This document shows positions 19,457-29,715 of a stretch of 41,343 nt of DNA, piece by piece (position 1 is the first letter of the stretch; each line of letters begins with the position of its first letter). Made by a program: the position numbers and the translations under genes. Below the pieces are notes generated by a model. It was not told where the DNA came from, searched no databases, and saw only the letters and a program-made list of their open reading frames with translations. This DNA is from Nitrospinota bacterium (GTDB lineage: Bacteria; UBA8248). The stretch covers positions 1-41,343 of the forward strand of contig JAPPHK010000309.1 in assembly GCA_028820795.1 (NCBI GenBank), in the 5' to 3' direction.

Positions 19457-21022
19457 ATGGTTCAAAGGATTGACCGACATAGCGAGCATCATTTCGCTTC
19501 TCTCTGCGTAGCCGCAGGAGCTGCTTGCAACATGTCGGAAGATGATCGCCATGGGTGGGACCATATCGTCGAGATACCGCCCAATCCCCATCCCAATCGC
19601 CCACCCGACAAACAGCCTCGACTCATCACGGTTCTTGTCCAGGTAAAGTCGACGAAAACGAATAAACTGACCACAAGAATCAAGCTTTCGAATGCCCTGA
19701 AGGCGGTACAGTCCGATTTGCCATGCTTTATTGTTATGTTCTCCTATAGTGGCACGGAGACCAGGGTGTATGCGAAACACGTTTGGCTCGAACTTACCGA
19801 AAGAATTCTGAAACGGGCAAGAGAATCGGAAAAACTGGGATTGGATTCTCTCCACAAAAAACGGTTTTCGGTCTCGTTCAGAGCAGGGGACCAGATCGAA
19901 GAAAACAAAATAGTAAAATGGATACAGAATACTGTTGCTGCAATCGGCGAAGACTATGCTTCGAAAAAGATTCAAATGTGTACTACCTGCGGATACGATA
20001 AAGGAAGGTACATCGGGAAATTCACATTGGGGCCTTTGAAAAACGTTCAACAAATTGTCGATCATGAAATCGGGTTACTGGAATCTTTGCCAGTGACAGA
20101 CTTTGTGGTGTACGAGAAAAGGTTCGGGATACAATCTACCCATCCAGAAATTTCATCTCCGGAAGGCCACGTTCAGTTGCAAAATGCAGGCGTAAAAAAC
20201 GCTATTCTGGTTATTTCGAACACGTCCGGAGACAAGGTTGAGTTTTCTGCCAATGTCCGTTTACCTTTGCTGATCCCCGTTGACCACGAAGCCTTTAGGG
20301 TGCGAGTGCAAGCCGGTGTCTTGGACTTCACATTTTCTCCGGGCCGAAATCAGGCGCAAAAGTTTCGGTTGAGCTACGATGAACGTGCCGAGTATAGCAT
20401 ATACGATCAGAGCCAATTCTTCGATTTCATTCAATGGTGTAAGGAAGGGGACGTCGATTTACGCCTCATTTCGGAAAGAGGCGTGCTTTGGGGAGCCAAT
20501 GTCCAAATCAGTCATGCGGTGAAGGATTGGCAAATTTCTGATCTGCGATCATACCTCAAGCTTCTCCTCAACATAGGAGGAGACACTCAGTCACGCAAGA
20601 TTCCCACGACAGGAAGGGCGATTCAGGATTCCATGAAGTCGGGGTACTTGATTGCGACGCTAGCGGATGCGCACGACTTGCGAATAGGAACTCACACTTC
20701 TGTATCGGAACCGGAAGTTAGCACGTTTTCTGGCTTCGGCGTCATCAGGTTGGGAAACTGGTATTTTACTTCGATTCTTGAATTTCAAGTGATCAATGTC
20801 TCTCAAAGCCCTGAATTTACCGCTTGGGATTTGCAGTTCAGCAAATTTCTCATGAACAGTGCCAGCTTGGTTGAATTCGAACATGCAAAGGCCACTGTGA
20901 AGGCGGCATTCGATCAGCATGTAGAATCATCCGATTCAAGAATGATGTACTTCGAGGACGGGGATTTGAAGCATTTCGCGAATTTGGGGAATTCCGAGAC
21001 AACAATGAGAACCAACAAGTAG
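19457..21022 (+). CDS. DUF4365/Cap4-like PD-(D/E)xK nuclease domain fused to an unknown beta-rich C-terminal region
   Basis: EDDRHGWDHIVE..VLVQVKST; ATG 19457 with aggaaaaagg RBS preferred over ORF-track start 19172. Confidence 0.7.
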   Translation: MVQRIDRHSEHHFASLCVAAGAACNMSEDDRHGWDHIVEIPPNPHPNRPPDKQPRLITVLVQVKSTKTNKLTTRIKLSNALKAVQSDLPCFIVMFSYSGTETRVYAKHVWLELTERILKRARESEKLGLDSLHKKRFSVSFRAGDQIEENKIVKWIQNTVAAIGEDYASKKIQMCTTCGYDKGRYIGKFTLGPLKNVQQIVDHEIGLLESLPVTDFVVYEKRFGIQSTHPEISSPEGHVQLQNAGVKNAILVISNTSGDKVEFSANVRLPLLIPVDHEAFRVRVQAGVLDFTFSPGRNQAQKFRLSYDERAEYSIYDQSQFFDFIQWCKEGDVDLRLISERGVLWGANVQISHAVKDWQISDLRSYLKLLLNIGGDTQSRKIPTTGRAIQDSMKSGYLIATLADAHDLRIGTHTSVSEPEVSTFSGFGVIRLGNWYFTSILEFQVINVSQSPEFTAWDLQFSKFLMNSASLVEFEHAKATVKAAFDQHVESSDSRMMYFEDGDLKHFANLGNSETTMRTNK

Positions 21023-21384
21023 CTACACAAGACGGCTCTAAACTTTAAGAAGAAGGCCAGTGGAGACGTTATCTGATTTCTGGTATTGGTCGAGAAATCA
21101 GTTAGAAACGTGAGGTGTTGGATCCCGTCTCGAGTGGCATGGTCTACAGGCCAAAAACTTCCGCAAGCTCAACTTTGGGTCCGACATTTAACAGGCTAGC
21201 ACTCCCTTGGTTCGATTCTCCTTGCGAGTAGGCAGATCATTTCATTGGTCAGTTCCATTCAGTGTCCGGTCTTCGTTCATGAGATGGTGAAAGCGATCGG
21301 CTAATCATTGAGCGGGCTCCGGATGCTCACATTTCCCGGCGTCTTCAACATGTTACTCGACCCTACTGAATCTATGTATAGCGA

Positions 21385-22653
21385 CTATCCGCCTGACCCC
21401 GTTCCTTCTGGCCTATCGCTACGGAGATGTCCTCGCAGTATGAACGCATCTGGAGGTGTCCCATCGAGCCGAATGACATTCCAGCCGGACCAGGTAACTT
21501 CGTCGAAGTTCATGTCCGTCAACCGTGTGGAGACTATGGTTTGGAATCTGCACTCAGCTGAACCTAGAACTTCCGCATAGCGCTTCAGCCAATCAGTGTC
21601 AATCCGCCAGGAATCAGCATCGAGAATCAAAAGAGTCGGTCTGGTAATGGATAGTTTGGTGGCCGTTATGATTCCGAGCTCCAACATGAGCTTCTCGCAC
21701 TCTGAACTGGCCAATAGCCGTAGCAGCCTGGATTCAATCTGATTGGCGGCTTGCACTTCAACATGCATGTAAACGCCTTCGTCGGTCTCCTCGAAGCGTG
21801 CTCCTTTGAAAAAATCGCTTTTATTGGCTAACTCGTCGCAAATCGCTTGAAGTTCGTACGGGTGCAGTTTCATTGAGTCGGACACAATATCGCGATCATT
21901 GCGCATTTCCTGAAACCGGTGCTCTATGCTTACGGGGAAAATAACCTTTATGGTATCGGTCGACAAAAACGTTTGCTCTCCATCCAACTTGTATCGAGGG
22001 TATTTTGGACATAGAAAATCAACCTCAATCCGGTGCGGGTCTGGGTTATAGTAATCAACTCTGTAAGACAACCGCTTCAGAGAGTCTCGAGTTAATGTTT
22101 CCCATCTTTCCAGATAAGCGGGATTGGAGATTCCAGCAATCCATTCACATAGTGCTGTCTTTCCAACACTGTTCTCACCGACAATTAGATTCAGTTTGGC
22201 GAATTCTATTTCTAAGTCATCAGAAAAAAGGGGCGATGAATGGAGCGTGAATTTATTTATCCATCCGAAAGGTGTGTGAATTCCCGCTTGCTCATGCGCT
22301 ATTCGTGTTTCGTGCAATGCCTTGTAACTATGCAAAGTTTCAGGTGGATATTCCTTGCCTCTGTTCTTGTCAATCAAGCTTGCACAATGGCCACACAACC
22401 AGATAGCGTTTTGCGGGGATTTTAATTCGTCGTAGCTAAGTCCTCCGGTACCACGTGGTCCACCTCCTGAAATGGCAGCGCCATAGATATGGGCAGCGAT
22501 TCCTGTGATTAATGGTTTTTGCGGATCCTCAGCTGGCCCTACCGTTGTTCGATTACAACCTGGGAAACTGCATCTATAACCGGCCCTTTGTGCAGTGAGT
22601 TCTCTTGTCTTCAGAGAAAAATCCGCTCTTTTGTGTTGCTTGTCATCAGTCAT
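21385..22653 (-). CDS. HNH-type nuclease fused to a degenerate ABC-ATPase domain
   Basis: RAGYRCSFPGC..AAHIYGA..GGPRG..NAIWLCGHCASLID; then LNLIVGENSVGKT, LASSE, LLILDAD, QTIVST. Confidence 0.75.
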   Translation of the reverse strand: MTDDKQHKRADFSLKTRELTAQRAGYRCSFPGCNRTTVGPAEDPQKPLITGIAAHIYGAAISGGGPRGTGGLSYDELKSPQNAIWLCGHCASLIDKNRGKEYPPETLHSYKALHETRIAHEQAGIHTPFGWINKFTLHSSPLFSDDLEIEFAKLNLIVGENSVGKTALCEWIAGISNPAYLERWETLTRDSLKRLSYRVDYYNPDPHRIEVDFLCPKYPRYKLDGEQTFLSTDTIKVIFPVSIEHRFQEMRNDRDIVSDSMKLHPYELQAICDELANKSDFFKGARFEETDEGVYMHVEVQAANQIESRLLRLLASSECEKLMLELGIITATKLSITRPTLLILDADSWRIDTDWLKRYAEVLGSAECRFQTIVSTRLTDMNFDEVTWSGWNVIRLDGTPPDAFILRGHLRSDRPEGTGSGG

Positions 22654-22975
22654 ATTTTTCTCTGTGAAACCATGAAGAAGACAACTTGCTTCATCCCATT
22701 CACTCTATGCTGCTTTGTTCTGACCCGAATTTTGCTCTCACGCTCTCCCTCGTGGTTTCTATTAACCTTGTAATCGATTGCTTTGCCGGCGCGGTTTCAA
22801 GGTCAGGAGTGAAGATATTAGACGATGGCTCCAGGCGACAGATATCAAATTGTTCACGCTCGCGACTCGGCACCTACTTACAGACAACACACGATTCCGG
22901 GATTATCGGGTTAGGGGGACAAATTAAATTATTCGATTCGGACCACAACGTGCTGTTGCCCGATGACGGCTGTTG

Positions 22976-23860
22976 CTATTTTTTCCGTTTCGCCTTTGCG
23001 TCCCGGAGTTGTTTTTTCACCTCGCTCGGAAGCTGGATATTATCAAGCACCCAATCGCAGACCTTCAGCGCCATTGACGCCGATTTGCTGTTTGGCGCCT
23101 GCTCTAGCGGTGTCAGGATCGAGCGTGCAAGAACCGGATTCTGCGACGCTGTCCTGCTCCGCAAGGAACCATGTGGAAAATCGTCCGGCGCAAAGGGAAC
23201 ATTAAGGTTAAGCAAGATTTCACGCAGCCTCTCGCCACGTTTGCCGTTTACCGTCTTCTCGAGCTTGCAGGCCAAGGACACGGTCCACCATTCTTGTTGC
23301 TTCGTCAGAATGTCCCGGTGCGTGATGTTCATCCTGCCCGGGCGCTTCTTCCCCATATAATACGCATCAAGCCGAACACAAAGTCTCCGCAAAGCGTATA
23401 CCATCAGATCGAGCTTAAAGAGATCCTCGCGATGCTGCACAAAACCGTATATCTGGTACCGGTTGTCTGGATTGCCATTGCTATAGAGCCGATGGAAAAA
23501 GCCTTCCGGTGTCTCATCGCGCCAATGGTCGATCTCAAGCTTATCCGGTTTTTCTAAATTGCCCGGCAAGAGGTCCGAAGCGAACGACTTTACGTGTTCA
23601 TAGAGAACTACGATGTCGTGCCTGAAGGATTGGCATTTACCGGCTCTATCGCGGTAACTCTTGCCGGATCGACCGTTCAACAACAGGGCCGCCTTCATGT
23701 ATTTTTCAAGGACATGGACGGCAAGCCAGAAATAGTCGATGTTCAATCCTTCGACAAAACACCAGCGCGCGGTGATGTAATTATCATCCGCAGTATCGAC
23801 GAAAAGCTCCTGAACGATCCGGGCCTGCTCTACATGAATGGGTTCGATGTCGTGTGCCAT
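22976..23860 (-). CDS. HEPN-domain protein
   Basis: ADDNYITAR..VLEKYMKAALL..RHDIVVLY..NRY pattern of the HEPN fold; start uncertain (23860 or 23962). Confidence 0.65.
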   Translation of the reverse strand: MAHDIEPIHVEQARIVQELFVDTADDNYITARWCFVEGLNIDYFWLAVHVLEKYMKAALLLNGRSGKSYRDRAGKCQSFRHDIVVLYEHVKSFASDLLPGNLEKPDKLEIDHWRDETPEGFFHRLYSNGNPDNRYQIYGFVQHREDLFKLDLMVYALRRLCVRLDAYYMGKKRPGRMNITHRDILTKQQEWWTVSLACKLEKTVNGKRGERLREILLNLNVPFAPDDFPHGSLRSRTASQNPVLARSILTPLEQAPNSKSASMALKVCDWVLDNIQLPSEVKKQLRDAKAKRKK

Positions 23861-24904
23861 GGCAAGGTTCCAGGTTGCTCTTGTTGAGAGTAGCGTCCGG
23901 CTGAAGACGCCCTTCCTCGATTCAATAACGTTTTCTGAAGCTCGTCTTGCGACGATCACCAAGAGGGGAGCCAGGAGTGAATACCGTAGCCAGCCTGTTC
24001 AATACGATATCGAACTCATCCGCCTGTCGAGCAATAACGCCACGACCACCAAATTACATTTTCGTCGTCCGCCTGCATTCTACCCTGAGCAGTATGATCA
24101 AGACTTCCTATTATAACAAGCGAAACCAACCTATCCGATTATTTCAAAAAAACTTCCCTACTGGCTTCTTGGACATGATCTCGTGCAAGTGTAGTCCCTA
24201 CAGAGACACCCCGCCAATAACGCTGGCCGCTGGTGCACCCTGCACTCCACCGAAGCATTCATCTTGATTTCTTCGGCATCCAGCCCTAGGCATGGACGGA
24301 TGGGTGCGCCTTGGGCCGAGGCGGACGTTTTCGGGTGACTCTTGGGGAGAAAATCGTCCTTACTGAGTTCATTGCCTATTCCAACTTGAGCGAATTGCGT
24401 TCAGCGGACGGCGCTTCCTGGTGTACCGCGATTATCGCCAGCTATGTGTTGTTCAGTTTTTCGAATTTCGTCATCATAAGCGTGCAGATAGGCAGCATCG
24501 GTGGACTCCCCTAGATCGAATGAACGATCTGGGGAAATTGCAATTCTCGTTGGTATCCTTGCCTCCTGGCTGCCTGCCACCCTGGTGGAGATGATTATTT
24601 GAGAAGGATGATCCAATGAATATAGAACTTCAACCTGAAGATGAACGAGACTTGAGAACCTTGGTAGAGCTTAAATTACAATCTCGGAATTACGTGGAAA
24701 TTAAAGAGTTTTATAAGTGGCCGACCCGGAAAGATTCCGAATCGGTGGAATACCAACCCCCCAGCCCGGAACATTCCTTGACAACGAATAAAATTCGCAT
24801 CAAGTAAATCGGAGTAGGAATGGCTTCGGCTAAACTTTTGTTAGCTATCGAAGCTCATAATGCTCGCGTTTGACGCACGGACGAAGCGAAAGGAAATAGC
24901 CATT

Positions 24905-26626
24905 ATGCCAAGTTATGAACATAACCAATTGGTCGAACATGTAAAACGTCTCAACGAACTGCCGGAAAACGATGCGGAGTATGCAAACTGGATTAAAGCT
25001 GAGGGACATCTCGCTTTGGTACGGGATAATGCGAAACAAGAGGAATTGATCATTTATGCGTCGAGCGTGTACCCCTTATCTACCTTCATAAGTGCCGTTG
25101 TCGTCAGCGAGAATAGGGTTTCTCCTATAGATCAAGACGATTTGCTGCGTTGGTGTACCAATCCGAAAAGTTCCTTGGCAAGTTATGACTTCGAAATGGG
25201 GAAAGAAGATGTCTGGATCGAAAGAAACGAACATCTTTTGGGGAGTAAGGCACTCGAAAATACTCGTCAACTTGTGTTTAGTCGCCACTTCGATGGTTTG
25301 CAAGCAAAAGATAGCTCATATTTTGAGATCCTGCAGGAATACGCACATCTCAACGAAATCCACTGGCGGCCTGAACTGGGTTCCTATTGCCGCTTCGCCA
25401 GAAATGGAAACTTCGACCATATTGTCTCGGTCACATCTAGGAGGGACAAAGAAACTCCGACGCTCGTCTCGTTCAAGCGCGAACCACTGGAACTGTATCT
25501 TGCCGCTTCAGGCTATGTGCTGATTCGTATCTTTGACTTCAAATTGTATAGATCCGAAACTTTTAATGGTTGGCATGGAAAAAATGAAAAAGAAAAAAAG
25601 ATAATCGAGAGCGACACTTTCTTTTATCTGAAGAGAGTCATCAGCGGATACGCAGGGTATGCCCGGGGCGTACAAATTATTCGCCCGGACCGCCCGAAGG
25701 CGCAGATATTTTCATCTTTTATAAGGCAGTGGTTGGGGCAAGAAGAAGCGGAATATGTTGAGTTTATTGCGTGGGATTGGCGCAATGAGCAGGTCACAAA
25801 GATTTCGACGGACCCGGCAACCACGACCGACTACTTTAATGCAAGGGGAAACTCCCTTCCATACAAGTATTCCCCTGCTTTTTTTCACCCTGACGTCTTG
25901 CTGAAATACAAAGGGGATAGCGATAAATTCACGGTCAGCGAACGAGACATTTATTGCCGTGGCGGGTGGATGCTCGGTAGCTACGATGTGAACGAAGCCG
26001 GGCAAGTGCATACCTACATATCCGATCTCCAGGCTCTACCCCATCCGGAACAACTACACTGGCTCAGCCATAACGAGAAGCCAAAAGCGGGAATCTCTGA
26101 ACGCGCTTTCCTTAACGACTTTCAAGGCAAATGGGCCGATACCAGCCCCCTTGAGGATGTCGTATCCATAGCGCGCAGATGGGCTGAGTCTGCCTGTGAA
26201 TGGTGGAAACTCCGAGAAGAAGCGTTACTTGAGCGCGTCCATATACCCCGCACAGGCAGCCGAGACGAGTGGGGGAGTGCGTTCGGGCTTCTCGCGAATC
26301 TGGTCATCGAGGGCTTCCAAGTCAAAACTATTCGCGCAAGGCTCAAGGAAACGAACATTACCTTTGGCAAAGATGACAAGAGTCTGGCATTGCTTGAAAA
26401 ATTACTCATCGGGCATGACAAACTCGATGATGGCCAGAGTCTTGAAGGGCTGAGAATCGTTCAACATATTCGAAGCATAGCAAGCAGCACCCACCCTCGT
26501 GGTAGTACGGCCAGCGATTTGGCAAATAATGCTTTGGAAGAACATGGGACATATTCAGCTCATTTTGAAAGTGTATGCAGAATCGTTAAAAGTGAACTTG
26601 AACTTATCGAGGGTGCCCTTTCGTGA
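24905..26626 (+). CDS. Hypothetical protein with possible C-terminal HEPN-like motif
   Basis: Long ORF with gaaagga RBS; SPAFFHPDVLLKYK..LPHPEQLHWLSHN; helical C-terminus with LRIVQHIRSIASSTH (Rx6H). Confidence 0.6.
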   Translation: MPSYEHNQLVEHVKRLNELPENDAEYANWIKAEGHLALVRDNAKQEELIIYASSVYPLSTFISAVVVSENRVSPIDQDDLLRWCTNPKSSLASYDFEMGKEDVWIERNEHLLGSKALENTRQLVFSRHFDGLQAKDSSYFEILQEYAHLNEIHWRPELGSYCRFARNGNFDHIVSVTSRRDKETPTLVSFKREPLELYLAASGYVLIRIFDFKLYRSETFNGWHGKNEKEKKIIESDTFFYLKRVISGYAGYARGVQIIRPDRPKAQIFSSFIRQWLGQEEAEYVEFIAWDWRNEQVTKISTDPATTTDYFNARGNSLPYKYSPAFFHPDVLLKYKGDSDKFTVSERDIYCRGGWMLGSYDVNEAGQVHTYISDLQALPHPEQLHWLSHNEKPKAGISERAFLNDFQGKWADTSPLEDVVSIARRWAESACEWWKLREEALLERVHIPRTGSRDEWGSAFGLLANLVIEGFQVKTIRARLKETNITFGKDDKSLALLEKLLIGHDKLDDGQSLEGLRIVQHIRSIASSTHPRGSTASDLANNALEEHGTYSAHFESVCRIVKSELELIEGALS

Positions 26627-26960
26627 GAATTGCGTTATCTAAGTACTCTCCTGATTTCCATGACGCTTCCCGGAGAAATGGTACGCCCTCTTCCTTGCCA
26701 CAGTTTGAGACTGACGGGAGGGTCCGTCCACCCCATCGGATACCGACATCCGTTTTCGTTCAGTCTTGGGGTGATGAGAATGTTGTTACTAATAGTAACC
26801 AGTTGTCCTGGCAGAAGGTGGTCGACCCAAGCCAGTGTTTTCTTTGAGCATTTCCCGCTGCTTTGATACGAACCCCTACCGGCATAGAACGACGAATCAT
26901 CACGTCAAGTGTCATTGTGTAAATGGCGACGGAATAATGCTCCATGCCAAAATATACCAC

Positions 26961-28418
26961 TTATGGTCTTTTCTCGGTTATGGCGCGGAGCGGGAAGATG
27001 TACGAGGTTGGGCAACTGCACCTTCCCGCGATCACCATTTCTTCCCAATCATCCGGGGGGCCGTCCTTCAGCAGTTTGAACAGTGTCCTTGTCGTGATGT
27101 CAAATCCCGTGTCGAAGGCCTCTCGATATCTTTCTGACGAAGTCTTTCGCTTTCGGTTGTGCACGATTTCCGACCGTACGGCATAAAACTTCTTCACGGA
27201 TTGCATGATCAAAACCCGCTCTCCCGCACCGCGGCCCAGAAACCACGATGCCCTGATGCGCATCTTGTGGGATATCTCTCCTCCGCTAAGCTCATACATC
27301 CGCTCCAGCGCGATAGCGACGTCCAGAATCCGGTCCTCCGCCGCGAACCGTCCGTTTCTGGCCAGTGCTTCGGCGAGCCGTGCCACGACCGGCGCCAGTT
27401 TCCCGTAACGATCGCCTTTTCTTGCCTCAAAAACGGCCCTCGCTTCCTCAAGTGCTTCTGCCCGAAGCCCCGGGGGGTTGGCAACCGGGGAGAACCGATA
27501 CACCGAAGGCCCCCTTTGGAAAAATCCGTGCCTGTGCGCCAGCCCAAACAGATGGCAGGCGGACCGGTTGAGACATTCCTGAACCGCTGCCAGACACACG
27601 ATTGGTGATCGGTGGGATACCGCCAGGAGTTCCAGAAACTCCAGCGCATCCCCGACGAACGGTTCGGGTGGTTCCGCTTCCACCTCTCTTATGCGGCCAC
27701 TGCGCCGGAAAACAGGCCTCCACCGAAATGGCCTAACCACGGCCCCGACCAGCCGCCAATCCCGAAACCTGACGACATCCGGCGCCGTGTCCTTCAGCAC
27801 CGATTCATCCACGAATGCCCGCGCCCGCTCGAACGGCAGCATCGTCAGGCCGCCTCCGATGCCGACCTCTTCCTCCAGGCACAGGCCATGGAACAGCACC
27901 ACATCGTATCCGATGTCCAAATCGCCCGGCACAGCGGTTGTGTCTTTGCTTTCGGCGGGGTCGAGGAGGGCGTGCAGCTCTCGTGCGGCGGCATGAAAAC
28001 CATCCCCCGGCAGTTCGTCTGCGCGCGCCATCAGTCCCCCGATCAGGTTGCTCAGGGACGTCAGACTGCCCTGACCGCGCATCTGGATCCAGAAATCGTC
28101 GTTGTCGATGAGTGGGCCCACGGCGCGCCACAGCGTGGGATGTGATCGCAAGGTGCTGCGCACTGGGTCGATCACCTCTCGCAGCGTTGCATAGTACTCA
28201 TGCTCGCCGAAGGCTCCCCCGCGGCAGGCCCGGGTATAGAGCATTTGCAGATCGTCCAGAGGAAAGGGCGTCTCGTCTCGTCCATCGACCAAGACATGCT
28301 TACGCGGTGTGCGCCGCCAATATTCCTGCAGGAACGGCTCCTGCGCCCTGGATAGATCGGAGAGCGCCTGCGCGAGCCGCTCTGTCCAACCCTTGGCCTC
28401 GAATTCCTCCGATTTCAT
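26961..28418 (-). CDS. ApeA/Apea-like HEPN domain protein
   Basis: ILDVAIALERMY..EISHKMRIRASWFLG..KKFYAVRSEIVHN (Rx4H); ATG 28418 with aagga RBS. Confidence 0.8.
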   Translation of the reverse strand: MKSEEFEAKGWTERLAQALSDLSRAQEPFLQEYWRRTPRKHVLVDGRDETPFPLDDLQMLYTRACRGGAFGEHEYYATLREVIDPVRSTLRSHPTLWRAVGPLIDNDDFWIQMRGQGSLTSLSNLIGGLMARADELPGDGFHAAARELHALLDPAESKDTTAVPGDLDIGYDVVLFHGLCLEEEVGIGGGLTMLPFERARAFVDESVLKDTAPDVVRFRDWRLVGAVVRPFRWRPVFRRSGRIREVEAEPPEPFVGDALEFLELLAVSHRSPIVCLAAVQECLNRSACHLFGLAHRHGFFQRGPSVYRFSPVANPPGLRAEALEEARAVFEARKGDRYGKLAPVVARLAEALARNGRFAAEDRILDVAIALERMYELSGGEISHKMRIRASWFLGRGAGERVLIMQSVKKFYAVRSEIVHNRKRKTSSERYREAFDTGFDITTRTLFKLLKDGPPDDWEEMVIAGRCSCPTSYIFPLRAITEKRP

Positions 28419-28767
28419 AGGCGCATCCTTTCCATATTCACTTGCGCGCATCACTCGGCGGTATCTACGGCATCGCCCGACAGCACACTCCGCGTCGCGC
28501 ATATCGCTGACCGCCCTAATGGAGCCACCCTTGCCCTGGAAATTGGGCCGCTAGTGGGTGCTGAGCCGGAATCACGGACGGGGCAATCACCTTGACCCTC
28601 GAGTATGTCATCGGCTTCGCCGGAATACGCAATGGCCGCCGAGAACGCTGCTGCGAACGACATTTTCAAACCCCCCGGACAAAGTCTTGGAACTGCGCCC
28701 GCGCACGCCAGGTACCACTACAAGCCCGTCTCCCGCCATGTGCCAGTTGCAAGCGTTGACGAATCTG

Positions 28768-29715
28768 TCACGTCGTCTTTTTGCTGGCTTGCGAGCGCGT
28801 TTTCATTTGTCCGATAAAAGCCAATGTGGTGGCATCGTGCCCTCTTTGCATTCTGTCAATCCACCAAATTGGGTAGTTATTCGACGGATTGTTCAGCCGT
28901 CGGACAATGATGGCCACAATCTCATCCGAGGTGCGATCAGTGACAAGGATGGACGACACGGATTCTTGAGGGACGGTAATGACCGCAATACCACTTCCGG
29001 GCTGCTGTGCTTTCGACAATTCGGTAATCAAACGCCACTCTTGTTCATATTCCCAAGCGACTCCTTTGCTAGACATGAATGCATATGCGTTCTCTTGGTT
29101 GACAACTCGCGGACCCATAACTAGGGGAAGATTATCCTCATATCTGACCTGTCTGATGATCGAAGTGCCAATCAAGTGCCTGACCCAATAATCAATGTTG
29201 TAGCCAATGACAACGCCTTTGCAGTTGTCAGCATAATGTGACCACATCTTCACATCATCTCTTCTAGTCGAAAACGATGTGACCCCGTATCGCTTTGACA
29301 ACTGGTCGCAAGTTAACTCGGCCCCATAGACACGAGGATATTTCTGACGAAATCTTTCCACGTCGTCGACAGAAACTGGCGATTCTGGGAATAGTTCGGT
29401 TAGGGTTGAAGCATATTCTCGATTGATATTCTCCCGATTCTTTTCGTCATCAACAAACGAGGGTTTGTAATTGATCTCATTAATGTCGTTTAACTCGTTG
29501 GGCGGCGTGACGCGGAACGAGCACGGCTTCTCGTCAGGAAGAACATTGTCCAATCGATCTGCAGGAATGTATTTGTAGAGCACCTGTGGGGGTTGTGAAA
29601 ATTGGTCAAAGAACGTTTGGTCTGGATCCAATAGGCGTGCACGCCAAAATTCTTTTTTTATTTTTGTGTGTCCGGATGCGTCAATGGCGTCCAACAGATT
29701 TCGCGTTGTAAACAT
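28768..29715 (-). CDS. DUF2971 domain protein
   Basis: LYKY, FRVTPPNELND, VTSFS..MWSHYADNCKGVVIGY, VRY, KGVAWEYEQEWR. Confidence 0.88.
   Translation of the reverse strand: MFTTRNLLDAIDASGHTKIKKEFWRARLLDPDQTFFDQFSQPPQVLYKYIPADRLDNVLPDEKPCSFRVTPPNELNDINEINYKPSFVDDEKNRENINREYASTLTELFPESPVSVDDVERFRQKYPRVYGAELTCDQLSKRYGVTSFSTRRDDVKMWSHYADNCKGVVIGYNIDYWVRHLIGTSIIRQVRYEDNLPLVMGPRVVNQENAYAFMSSKGVAWEYEQEWRLITELSKAQQPGSGIAVITVPQESVSSILVTDRTSDEIVAIIVRRLNNPSNNYPIWWIDRMQRGHDATTLAFIGQMKTRSQASKKTT

Noticed and set aside
19457-22653. CBASS (Cap4-like and HNH effectors)
   Set aside because: No CD-NTase or SAVED domain recognisable in the window
23960-24860. Short ORFs including 24616..24807 and 24401..24616
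   Set aside because: No recognisable motifs; may be decayed genes but cannot be supported without BLASTX
21160-26750. Integron-like cassette array suggested by solitary genes and faint intergenic motifs (about 21167-21190, 26720-26750)
   Set aside because: No integron integrase, mixed gene orientation, and no consistent attC hairpins that I could align
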